Virus record (IMG/VR): IMGVR_UViG_3300045938_000052
Location: 1 to 43,000 of that record
Reading direction: 5' to 3' (one strand)
Length of the DNA: 43,000 nucleotides
From: a virus
Below, one piece after another: positions 26,535 through 34,588 of the stretch (positions are counted from its first letter, which is position 1; each line of letters begins with the position of its first letter). The position numbers and the translations under genes are program-made. A model generated the notes under the pieces. That model saw only the letters and a list, made by a program, of their open reading frames with translations, ran no database searches and was not told the origin of the DNA.

Positions 26535-29027
26535 ATGCTCCGACTGAAAACACTTCTCCCGCTCGCCGCGCTTCTGAGCGCTGCGGCGATCGCAGCGCCG
26601 CCGGCGGTGAAGCCCGCTGGCGGGCTTATCGCCGTCGCCTTCGCCAAGTCCACCCACTTCACACTCACCGCGTCGACAACGGTGAGCTATGGCAACGGTG
26701 AGGTCTGGACACAGAAAGATCTGGGAAAGGGCATTTACCGCTGTGGCCCTGACACGTTCGGCCTTGCCTCGTCGGTAGCGACGGGCGGCGAGCAGTGTCG
26801 CTACACCCGCAAGGGCGGCGGTCTGGTCGTCGTCGCGCCGCCGGTCGTCGTGCCCACGCCAGCACCAGCGTTGGTGAAGATCGCGGCAGAGTTCGCCTCG
26901 TTCAACCTGTCCGCGCCGACGATCGTCACCTACGGCCTGAACGGCAAGACCGTGGGCAAGGCGCTGCCGGCCGGCACGCATACCTGCGGCAACGAGACGT
27001 TCGGCAGCGATCCGCTGCCCACCGTCGCGAAGGAGTGCACGGCGCCGGCGACCGCCACTGAGGTTTCACCCAGCAAGCCGGCCGACCCCGTCGTCGTCGC
27101 GCCGGCGCCGTCGACCGGCGCCTCAATCCGCGAGCCCAGCGAGTACCGGCGCGTTGCCGCCCTCATGGGGACGCAGGCAGGCATGGACTATCTCTACGGC
27201 CAGGCGTCGTCGAAGGTGCTCACGAACCTCTACCCAAGCGTGCCGGCCAGCAAGCCGATGAACATGGTCTCGATCCAGAACCCGAACGGGCTGGGGAACC
27301 GCGGCTGCTCCTGGACGGGCTGGTGCGGCACGTCCCAGTTCGGCGAGCTGGAGTACGCCTCCGGCGACTACAGCTCCTCGGTCGCCAACTTCGGCTACAT
27401 CCCGTTTGCCGTCCCGGACCGGACGATCTTCAAAGCCAACCGCTACTGGGGGATCGGTGCGATCCAGCAGATCTCGGTGGCCCACAGCACGTTCTCGGTC
27501 GTGCCGGAGCCGTCCTGGACCGTCTACGAGGGCGAGACGCGCAACAACGCGCACAACGAAGAGCAGCTCATGCGCCAGATCGAGGGCACGGCGGCGCCGG
27601 GCACCAATGGCAAAGACATCTTCGAAGGCAAGCCCGTGGCCTGCGCTCGAGGCTACGGCCGCGGCGGCTGGATCAACAACGTGCTGTGCGTGCAGAGCAA
27701 CGGCTCGATCACGTCGCATGGTTCAAACACCTCGCGCAACAACATGCTCGTGCGGCTGCCGGCCGGCGCAGGCACGCCGACGGCTATCTCCGTCACCAAC
27801 AGCGGCGAGTTCGCCTTCGTGACGACCTGGGACACGGTCGCCTTGCGCGGGAAGATCTGGACCATCGGTCTGAAGGACGCGTGCCAGGACTGCCGTCCGG
27901 AGGACGAGTCCAAGTGGACCGCGAACTGGGGTCAGTGGAACCGCGTCTACGTGGGCTTGCCGAACCTCGGCAACTACGTCGGCGGCAAGGTGCTCGGCCC
28001 GGTCGACCTGCCCGAAGACATCATCGCGCCGACGGCCATCTCGGTGACCACCGGGCGGTCCTCGGAGCGCCATGACGGCTACGAGACCGTGATGCGCCTG
28101 TGGGACGAGCCCATCGACGCCGCCTCGCAGCGCGCTCGCTACTTCGGCGGCGACTTCAAGAACGCGATCGCCAACACCGGTATGGCCGTCGTGATCTCGA
28201 AGGGCGAGAAGCGTGCAGCCTTCGTCGACCTGAAACCACTGTTCACGCAGGCACGCCAGAACTGGTTGGCCTCGATGAGCGACGACGAGTTCAAGAGCCG
28301 GGTCGCCGCCCGTGGTGATGGCGACAGCCAATTCCCGAAGGGCTTCGCGTCCCTGCCGTCGCAGAAGCCGGTCGTCATCAAGACGATGGCGTTCGAGTCG
28401 GCGCCGACGTCGCTGCGCACGATGCTGACTGCACCCTTCCGCAGCGTGATCGGCACGGAGGACGGCAACCTGCACGTCGTCGACCTGGGCGCCAACTACC
28501 TGAACCAGACCAACGCAGCAGCGGTCTCGGGCTCGCCCAGCGACATCAAGGAGCTCTCGACGTTCAACGTCGGCGGCAACCCCACCAGCATCGCGTTCGT
28601 GAAGGGCAAGTCGTCGCAGCGCCCAGACGGCCGCCGCGCGCTGTGGGGTTACGAGAAGGACGACTCGTTCCTGTGGGCGGTCTCGCGCGAGGAGAAGAAG
28701 GCGTCGATGATCCAGTGGAATGCCGACCGCACCGCCTTCTCCGGCGCGTACCTGGCAGTCCAGGACGCCCGCATCAGCGACCCGATCGTGATCGAGGACG
28801 CGGACAACCACGGCACCGAGAGCTACGTGGCCACCATCGGCAGCGGCAGCAGCCTCTTCAACGTCCTGTACGGCCCGATCATCGCCTACACCTACAAGGA
28901 CGCGAAGAAGCCGTTCTGCCAGCCGGACGCGCCCTGCGGCCCGATCACTCCGAAGTCGATCATGTTCGGTGGCGAGTTCAAGGTGCCGGGCAACGTGTTC
29001 TACGTCGGCGGCGGCAACATCAATTGA
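26535..29027 (+). CDS. 830-aa secreted (Sec signal peptide) protein; two Cys-containing N-terminal repeats plus a C-terminal domain paralogous to 8777..11929
   Basis: GAAGGAA precedes ATG 26535. The signal peptide is MLRLKTLLPLAALLSAAAIA/APP. Shared motifs with the paralog are RLPAG..P..I..T.S.EFA.VT.W, VVISK.EK.AA...L.PLF and ED.DNHGTESY. Confidence 0.85.
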   Translation: MLRLKTLLPLAALLSAAAIAAPPAVKPAGGLIAVAFAKSTHFTLTASTTVSYGNGEVWTQKDLGKGIYRCGPDTFGLASSVATGGEQCRYTRKGGGLVVVAPPVVVPTPAPALVKIAAEFASFNLSAPTIVTYGLNGKTVGKALPAGTHTCGNETFGSDPLPTVAKECTAPATATEVSPSKPADPVVVAPAPSTGASIREPSEYRRVAALMGTQAGMDYLYGQASSKVLTNLYPSVPASKPMNMVSIQNPNGLGNRGCSWTGWCGTSQFGELEYASGDYSSSVANFGYIPFAVPDRTIFKANRYWGIGAIQQISVAHSTFSVVPEPSWTVYEGETRNNAHNEEQLMRQIEGTAAPGTNGKDIFEGKPVACARGYGRGGWINNVLCVQSNGSITSHGSNTSRNNMLVRLPAGAGTPTAISVTNSGEFAFVTTWDTVALRGKIWTIGLKDACQDCRPEDESKWTANWGQWNRVYVGLPNLGNYVGGKVLGPVDLPEDIIAPTAISVTTGRSSERHDGYETVMRLWDEPIDAASQRARYFGGDFKNAIANTGMAVVISKGEKRAAFVDLKPLFTQARQNWLASMSDDEFKSRVAARGDGDSQFPKGFASLPSQKPVVIKTMAFESAPTSLRTMLTAPFRSVIGTEDGNLHVVDLGANYLNQTNAAAVSGSPSDIKELSTFNVGGNPTSIAFVKGKSSQRPDGRRALWGYEKDDSFLWAVSREEKKASMIQWNADRTAFSGAYLAVQDARISDPIVIEDADNHGTESYVATIGSGSSLFNVLYGPIIAYTYKDAKKPFCQPDAPCGPITPKSIMFGGEFKVPGNVFYVGGGNIN

Positions 29028-29052
29028 CGTCGTCGGATAGGAGGAAACGCCT

Positions 29053-29565
29053 GTGAACGTCAAGCACCTGAGTGCTGATCTCCTGCGGGGATGGGCCGAG
29101 AAGGCCATCCCCGTCGCCGACCAGCAGGACCGACTCGAGGTCCGCCTGCTCTCGCTGTACATCACCTGTTCGTTCATTAACGACCAGCTGGGCCCGATCA
29201 CCTACGTGCTTAAGCTGCCGCCGTCGATGCTCTACAAGGTCGCCACCCTGGCGCACACCTCCTGGCTGGTCGGTGCGATGTTCGCCGCTGCGGTGGTGCT
29301 CGCACTGCCTCATGCGATCGCGCTGATGGTCTTTCCGAGGACGCTGGCCGTTCGGTGGCCACGCAAGTGCGCGACGTTGGCAGCCAGCATCGTGATGGTG
29401 ACCTGGGGATACCTGGCGGTGCTGGCCATGCCGATCGACGCCGGGCCGCTCTTCTGGCTCTACATCCGCCAGGCAATCGACTCTGCCGGGCTGGCCTTCA
29501 TCTACGCCATCTCCCTCAACGCGCAGCTACTGCGCGCCCTCGTCCATAAAGGCCGGTCTCCATGA
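29053..29565 (+). CDS. Membrane protein (3 predicted TM), lysis-cassette associated
   Basis: GTG follows AGGAGGAAA. The hydrophobic helices are SWLVGAMFAAAVVLALPHAIALMVF, LAASIVMVTWGYLAVLAM and LAFIYAISL. Confidence 0.7.
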   Translation: MNVKHLSADLLRGWAEKAIPVADQQDRLEVRLLSLYITCSFINDQLGPITYVLKLPPSMLYKVATLAHTSWLVGAMFAAAVVLALPHAIALMVFPRTLAVRWPRKCATLAASIVMVTWGYLAVLAMPIDAGPLFWLYIRQAIDSAGLAFIYAISLNAQLLRALVHKGRSP

Positions 29566-30038
29566 AGCACAAGCTGGCAGTCAACTCGCTCATGTTCTTC
29601 TGGGTGTGCTGCGTCTCGCGCATGGCCTACGCGTCGACCTTCCTCCAGGAAGTCCAGATCTTCGACTACCCGTCGCTGCTCGCGGCGGCCGTGGGCGGCC
29701 TCTTCGGTGGCTTGCTCAAGACGATCTACACGCTCGCCACCGACAGCCGCGCGGTCTTCGAGATCCTGATGGAAGCGCGCAAGGACCTGGTGCTGTCGTT
29801 CCTCGCCGGCGGCGCCGCCTACATCGCGATGATCATGATCGAGTCGAAGTGGCCCGGCTCGGTCACGCGCGAGATCCGCTTCGGCGGTGTGCTGGTCGCG
29901 GGCTGGACGCACTCGGCCATCTTCGTGCTGGCCGAGCGCTTCGGTCGACGCAGGATCGATGCGGAGTTCGCACGTCTGCACGACGGCGCGCCGCTGGACC
30001 CGCCGAGCTCGGCCGCGGTCCCTCTCAGCAAGGACTGA
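29562..30038 (+). CDS. Membrane protein, holin-like (3-4 TM)
   Basis: ATGA overlap. The helices are LLAAAVGGLFGGLL, LVLSFLAGGAAYIAMIMI and GGVLVAGWTHSAIFVLA. It lies directly upstream of the endolysin. Confidence 0.65.
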   Translation: MKHKLAVNSLMFFWVCCVSRMAYASTFLQEVQIFDYPSLLAAAVGGLFGGLLKTIYTLATDSRAVFEILMEARKDLVLSFLAGGAAYIAMIMIESKWPGSVTREIRFGGVLVAGWTHSAIFVLAERFGRRRIDAEFARLHDGAPLDPPSSAAVPLSKD

Positions 30039-30040
30039 CG

Positions 30041-30619
30041 ATGGATACATCACTCCTCGCGCGCTGCACCGGCGCGCTGCTTCCGTTCGCCCAGAAGTTC
30101 GCCGAGCCGCTGACGGCCGCGATGGACCTCTACGCGATCGACACGCCCCTCCGGCAGGCAATGTTCCTGGCCAACGTCGGCCACGAGTCGGCCCGGCTGC
30201 GGTACACGACCGAGCTGTGGGGACCGACGCCCGCGCAGCGCGGCTACGAAGGCCGGCGCGACCTGGGCAACGTGAAGCCCGGCGACGGCAGCCGATATCG
30301 CGGCCACGGCCTCATTCAGACCACCGGCCGCGCCAACCATGCGGCCGTGCGCGATCGCCTGCGCAAGCGGTTCCCGGACGTGCCGGACTTCGAAGCCGAG
30401 CCGACGCGCCTGGCGGAGACGCGCTGGGCATGCCTGTCGGCCACCGACTACTGGGACATGCGCGGCCTCAACAGCTGGGCCGACCGAGGCGACTTCGACG
30501 GCGTCGTCGACCTCATCAACCGTGGCCGCAAAACGGCACCCATCGGCGACAGCAACGGCTGGGTCGAGCGCGTGCGGCTTTATGCAGACGGCCGGAAGGC
30601 CTTGGGGATGGACAAATGA
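30041..30619 (+). CDS. Endolysin, glycoside hydrolase family 19 (chitinase-like)
   Basis: Sequence is ...RQAMFLANVGHESARLRYTTE...YRGHGLIQTTGRANH..., the GH19 phage lysin signature. Confidence 0.9.
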   Translation: MDTSLLARCTGALLPFAQKFAEPLTAAMDLYAIDTPLRQAMFLANVGHESARLRYTTELWGPTPAQRGYEGRRDLGNVKPGDGSRYRGHGLIQTTGRANHAAVRDRLRKRFPDVPDFEAEPTRLAETRWACLSATDYWDMRGLNSWADRGDFDGVVDLINRGRKTAPIGDSNGWVERVRLYADGRKALGMDK

Positions 30620-31188
30620 TCGATATCGACTGGAAGAAATTCGTGGGTGGTCTCGCGCCCGTGCTCGGCCTGGCCCTTGGAGGGCCGCTGGCACAGAGTG
30701 CGGTGAAGGTGCTTGCCAGCGCCGTCCTCGGCGACGACACCGCCAGCGAGGCTGACGTCGCTGCCGCCATCACCGGCGGGCAGCTCAGCGGCGAGCAGAT
30801 CGTCGCGATCAAGACCGCCGAGCAGGCCTTCGCCGTGCGCATGCACGAGCTCGACGTCGACCTGGTGAAGATCAACCAGTCGGCCGAGGACGCGATGCTG
30901 CGCGACGTCCAGGATGCCCGGGCGCGCCAGGTGGCCACCAAGGACTACATGCCGCAGATCATCTTCTTCCTCTTCCTGGCCATCTATGTGGCCGAGGTCG
31001 CGATGTTCTTCTTCGGGCGGATGCCGACGGACGAATACGTGCGCGCCCTGATGACGCGTGCATTCGGAACGGTGGAGGCGGGGGTCGTGGGCGCGGTCGC
31101 CTACTTCATCGGCTCGAGCCGTGGCTCGAAGAACTCGGGCGACGCGATCCGAAAGATCGCGGAGCAGGCCGGCGGCCGCGCTGGCTGA
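30616..31188 (+). CDS. Holin-like protein of the '3-TM GTA holin' (DUF3154) type
   Basis: ATGA overlap with the endolysin. Sequence is MIDIDWKKFVGGLAPVLGLALGGP..., then a helical middle, then IIFFLFLAIYVAEVAMFFFG and VVGAVAYFIG. Confidence 0.7.
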   Translation: MIDIDWKKFVGGLAPVLGLALGGPLAQSAVKVLASAVLGDDTASEADVAAAITGGQLSGEQIVAIKTAEQAFAVRMHELDVDLVKINQSAEDAMLRDVQDARARQVATKDYMPQIIFFLFLAIYVAEVAMFFFGRMPTDEYVRALMTRAFGTVEAGVVGAVAYFIGSSRGSKNSGDAIRKIAEQAGGRAG

Positions 31189-31365
31189 CCTTTGCGCTCG
31201 AGGAGGGCACTAGCACCGCGAAAAAAGACAGGGCGACCCTTTGCAGTGCGTCAACACCGCATCGAGCCGCCTCTCCACAGACGCAGCCTGTGAATTAGCC
31301 GAGGCCCTGCCACCTGTACAGGCGGGCCGAGTGTAAACGACCGTTACAGGTCTTCTAAGTTCACC

Positions 31366-32154
31366 ATGGCCACACCCATCATCCCGTGGCTGGGCGGCAA
31401 GCGCCGCCTGGCCGACACCATCATTCCGCGCTTCCCAGCGCACACCTGCTACGTCGAGGTCTTCGCCGGCGGCGCCGCGCTGTACTTTCTCCGGCCGCCG
31501 GCGGAAGTCGAGGTCATCAACGACGTCAACGGCGACATCGTCAACCTCTACCGGGTCGTGCAGAACCACCTCGAGGAGTTCGTGCGCCAGTTCAAATGGG
31601 CGCTCTCGAGCCGCGAGATCTTCAAGTGGCTGCAGGACACGCCGCCCGAGACGCTGACCGACATCCAGCGCGCCGCGCGTTTCTTCTATCTCCAGCACCA
31701 TGCGTTCGGCGGCAAGGTGTCCGGCCAGACCTGGGGCACGGCGACGACGGCGCCGCCGGTCAACCTGCTGCGCATCGAGGAGCAGCTGAGCGCGGCCCAT
31801 CTGCGGCTGGCCACCACACAGATCGAGCGTCTCGACTGGAAGGAGTGCATGCGTCGGTACGACCGGCCGCACACGCTGTTCTATCTGGATCCGCCGTACT
31901 GGGAGACGGAGGGCTACGGCGTGCCGTTCGGGTGGGCCGAGTACGAAGCCATGGCCGCGGCACTGCGCGAGCTCAAGGGCAGGGCGATCGTCAGCCTGAA
32001 CGACCATGCAGCGATTCGGGCCTGCTTCGAGGGCTTCCACATGGAGTCGCTCGACATCACGTACCAGGTCGGTGGTGGCCACCGAGGCGCCGATCGGAAG
32101 GAGCTGCTGATCTTCAGCTGGGACGTGATCAGCGAACCCGCTGGATTGTTCTAG
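31366..32154 (+). CDS. dam: DNA N6-adenine methyltransferase, Dam/D12 class
   Basis: Motifs are WLGGKRRLA, EVFAGGAALYF (AdoMet motif) and FYLDPPYW (DPPY catalytic motif). Confidence 0.9.
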   Translation: MATPIIPWLGGKRRLADTIIPRFPAHTCYVEVFAGGAALYFLRPPAEVEVINDVNGDIVNLYRVVQNHLEEFVRQFKWALSSREIFKWLQDTPPETLTDIQRAARFFYLQHHAFGGKVSGQTWGTATTAPPVNLLRIEEQLSAAHLRLATTQIERLDWKECMRRYDRPHTLFYLDPPYWETEGYGVPFGWAEYEAMAAALRELKGRAIVSLNDHAAIRACFEGFHMESLDITYQVGGGHRGADRKELLIFSWDVISEPAGLF

Positions 32155-32471
32155 GGCGCCGTGGTGTCGTCGAAGGCACCAGGGATGCACCACCAGATCT
32201 GAGGCACTGCCGGCTTTCCGTACGCTGGCACCTCCTCCTGGCCATAGATCAATATCCCGCCGCGATCGACCTTTTTCACGTGTGCGTGAATGAGGGGTTC
32301 GATCGCATCGGACTCGAGGCGACTGTTCTTAAACAGTCGCGCGCTGATCTGTGGATAATGCCGACGCGAGTCCTGCCCAAAGATCAGCCAACCGACGTGC
32401 GGCCGGTTCTTTATGATGTCGCTGGGCAGCTTTTGCCCAGCTCGGCGGAGAAGATAGACGGTGCATTGCAC
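32151..32471 (-). CDS. Hypothetical protein (106 aa), second gene of the minus-strand accessory cassette
   Basis: GTG start with a poor SD. GC3 is reasonably high in frame. The 3' end converges on and overlaps the dam stop by 4 nt. No recognisable motif. Confidence 0.4.
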   Translation of the reverse strand: MQCTVYLLRRAGQKLPSDIIKNRPHVGWLIFGQDSRRHYPQISARLFKNSRLESDAIEPLIHAHVKKVDRGGILIYGQEEVPAYGKPAVPQIWWCIPGAFDDTTAP

Positions 32472-32509
32472 TGTGAAAACCTAAGGAAGTACGGCGTACG
32501 ACGCCTCTC

Positions 32510-33250
32510 CTAGTCGACTGGTGGCAATTTGAACTCCGGCCAGAAACGGGGAGAAAGGCGTTCATGTGTTTCAGTAAGAGACCAATTCGGCAGCTCTGCA
32601 AGTCCCCCATCGAAAGCGACTTTCACGCCGCCAGCGCGGAAATGTGGATACTTGTATACGATTGGATCCATTAATGATTGCATCAATGTCCCAATGTTGT
32701 CTTTTCTAGGGTCTGTTGCTGCGTAATGGGCTGAAACTTTATTTCGCCAAGCGTGGATTTCGGGTATTGCTTCGATTACATACTCGCCACAATGCGTTCT
32801 AACTTTGTTCGCAATTGACCTATCTAGCAAGGAGCTGAAGGCAAGTTTTTCCGAGATAAGGAATTCTATGAGTCCAAGTGCCCTTAAATAATTTACTAAA
32901 GTCAGAGCGTACCAATTAAAAGCGTTAGGAATTATAGCTGGATATATTAATCCATACGCCAAGACAGTATGTTTCGCGTGTGGATCTTTTCTAACTGCCT
33001 CTATTTCATTTTCTCTAACAGTTTCTGCGAGCATATGTAGTCCCGCATAGCCTTGAGCAACAGCACGAAGATTGATAGGTGGATTATTTTTATCGAACCT
33101 GATATTTCTTTGCCAATCGACCGTAATAAATTCTGTCTCACTGGTTTCAGGCATGTCCGGATTGCTTATCGTTATGACGCGTGCATCGTAGTACGGCGGG
33201 GCCATCCTTACCAATGTTCTAGACGAAAGTCGAATGCTCGACTCACGCAT
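32510..33250 (-). CDS. AT-rich accessory (moron) gene: hypothetical protein with an Rx5H (HEPN-like) motif; candidate defence or restriction effector
   Basis: The ORF lies in a sharply AT-rich block; 32881-32940 has 20 G+C out of 60 by my count. The motif WRNKVSAH is encoded at 32726-32746. The start is ambiguous (ATG 33250, 33205 or 33154). Confidence 0.7.
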   Translation of the reverse strand: MRESSIRLSSRTLVRMAPPYYDARVITISNPDMPETSETEFITVDWQRNIRFDKNNPPINLRAVAQGYAGLHMLAETVRENEIEAVRKDPHAKHTVLAYGLIYPAIIPNAFNWYALTLVNYLRALGLIEFLISEKLAFSSLLDRSIANKVRTHCGEYVIEAIPEIHAWRNKVSAHYAATDPRKDNIGTLMQSLMDPIVYKYPHFRAGGVKVAFDGGLAELPNWSLTETHERLSPRFWPEFKLPPVD

Positions 33251-33261
33251 CCGGTGCCATG

Positions 33262-33447
33262 ATCCCGCAAAAATCCCGCACATCACTCGGGAACCCGCAT
33301 GCAGCTTGAGTTTGCGTTCCGGCCTCGGGCACCAATTAGCCGGACTCACATGGAAAGAGTGGACGTTTGGCAGCAGGCGGCTACAGTGACGGACTTTCGC
33401 GGGCAGATAGCTCCCCGCGCAGATTCCCGCACACGATCCCGCACACA
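33262..33447 (+). promoter_or_regulatory. attP-proximal array of direct TCCCGCA(C/A)A repeats (candidate integrase arm-type or regulatory sites)
   Basis: Copies occur at 33262-33270, 33273-33282, 33292-33300 (AACCCGCAT), 33411-33421 (degenerate), 33423-33433 and 33436-33447. All are in the same orientation. The last copy abuts the int ATG. Confidence 0.5.
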
Positions 33448-34400
33448 TGGCATACGTCCGGAAATTCAGAGACGGCTGGCGAGTTGAAGTCCAACGGCAC
33501 GGCCACCGGGCCAGCCACGTCGCCAAGACGAAGCGCGAGGCTCAGGCCTGGGGCGTCAAGAAAGAGCTGGAGCTCGACTCACTCCATTCGACGGGTGGGC
33601 ACACCTTCGGCGAGGCCGCCGAGCACTACCTGAAAACCGTCAGCACGCAGAAGGAGAGCGTGGACTGGGAGCGAAGGCGGTTCGACGCATTCCGCAGCTA
33701 CTTCGGCGACCAGATGGAGTTGGCCAGCATCACGTCCGCGGAGATCGGAACATGGCGGGACTGGCGCCTTTCGGGCGATGAGGCGACTGGCCGAGGTGCG
33801 GTGAGCGGGTCGACTGTGAAGCGAGAAATTAACCTGCTTCGGAACATGTTCAGCATCGCGCGGCAGGAATGGAAGTGGATCACCCACCATCCATTCGAAG
33901 GAGTCAGGCTGCCGGCCGACAACGATCCGCGGCATCAATTGTGGCGCTGGCAGCAGATCAAGCGGGTGCTGCGCTCCGACCGCGGCGGCAAGACTGGCCA
34001 GGTCATCAAGGCCTTTCACATTGCCCTGCACACCGGCCTGCGTCTGTCTGAGGTGCTCAGTGGAACGTTCGACGCATCACGCCGGGTGTTCGTGCTTGCG
34101 CGGAGCAAGGGAGAGGGGACCCGTCAGGTTCTCGTTCCGATCCCTCGACGCGGTTTGAAATTGCTGCCTGCAACCTTCACTGTCGATGCGAACGAGGCGA
34201 GCACGCTGTTCGCAAGGTTGACGAAGCAGCTGCTGATCGAGGGCCTGACGTTCCACGACTCGCGAGCTACGGCCCTGACGCTCTTGTCACGTCGAATGGA
34301 CGTCCTAACGCTCGCGCGGATCAGTCGCCACAAAGACCTTTCGATCTTGATGAACACCTACTACCGCGAAAGAGCGGAGGACATCTCGGCGCGGATCTGA
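33447..34400 (+). CDS. int: Tyrosine integrase
   Basis: The N-terminus is MAYVRKFRDGWRVEVQRHG.... Catalytic residues appear in HTGLRLSE, FHDSRAT and RISRHKDLSILMNTYY. Confidence 0.93.
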   Translation: MAYVRKFRDGWRVEVQRHGHRASHVAKTKREAQAWGVKKELELDSLHSTGGHTFGEAAEHYLKTVSTQKESVDWERRRFDAFRSYFGDQMELASITSAEIGTWRDWRLSGDEATGRGAVSGSTVKREINLLRNMFSIARQEWKWITHHPFEGVRLPADNDPRHQLWRWQQIKRVLRSDRGGKTGQVIKAFHIALHTGLRLSEVLSGTFDASRRVFVLARSKGEGTRQVLVPIPRRGLKLLPATFTVDANEASTLFARLTKQLLIEGLTFHDSRATALTLLSRRMDVLTLARISRHKDLSILMNTYYRERAEDISARI

Positions 34401-34588
34401 CGCTTGGGTGTGGCCGACTTGCGGGTGACGAAGGATCTCACCTCGGCTCGCAGCCATAGCCGGTTGCGCGGCGTGCTGGTCGGTGCTTCGGGAGGGAAGC
34501 CAGGCAGCCGCACGAGCACGTCGCGCGCGTGGCGTTGCGAGCAGTGGTGCATCGTGGCGATGTCTTCGAGGGTCAACAGGTCGCTCAC
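34361..34588 (-). CDS. xis: Excisionase / AlpA-like HTH DNA-binding protein
   Basis: 75 aa. Sequence is LLTLEDIATMHHCSQRHARDVLVRLPGFP...RLWLRAEVRSFV. It is convergent with int and overlaps its 3' end. Confidence 0.75.
   Translation of the reverse strand: MSDLLTLEDIATMHHCSQRHARDVLVRLPGFPPEAPTSTPRNRLWLRAEVRSFVTRKSATPKRQIRAEMSSALSR

Noticed and set aside
30339-30755. Alternative-frame ORF across the endolysin/holin junction with a CAIAC string, considered as an embedded Rz1-like lipoprotein
   Set aside because: There is no canonical lipobox (L-[AS]-[GA]-C) and no signal peptide. The translation is Arg/Cys-rich out-of-frame sequence.
31303-31328. Bulged hairpin GGCCCTGCC...GGCGGGCC after the lysis operon, considered as a terminator
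   Set aside because: No U-tract follows. It may be regulatory for dam, but it cannot be called an intrinsic terminator.
33299-33633. Small plus-strand ORFs (33299..33487 and 33367..33633) in the int upstream region
   Set aside because: They overlap the repeat array and the int 5' end out of frame. They have no RBS and their composition is not coding-like.
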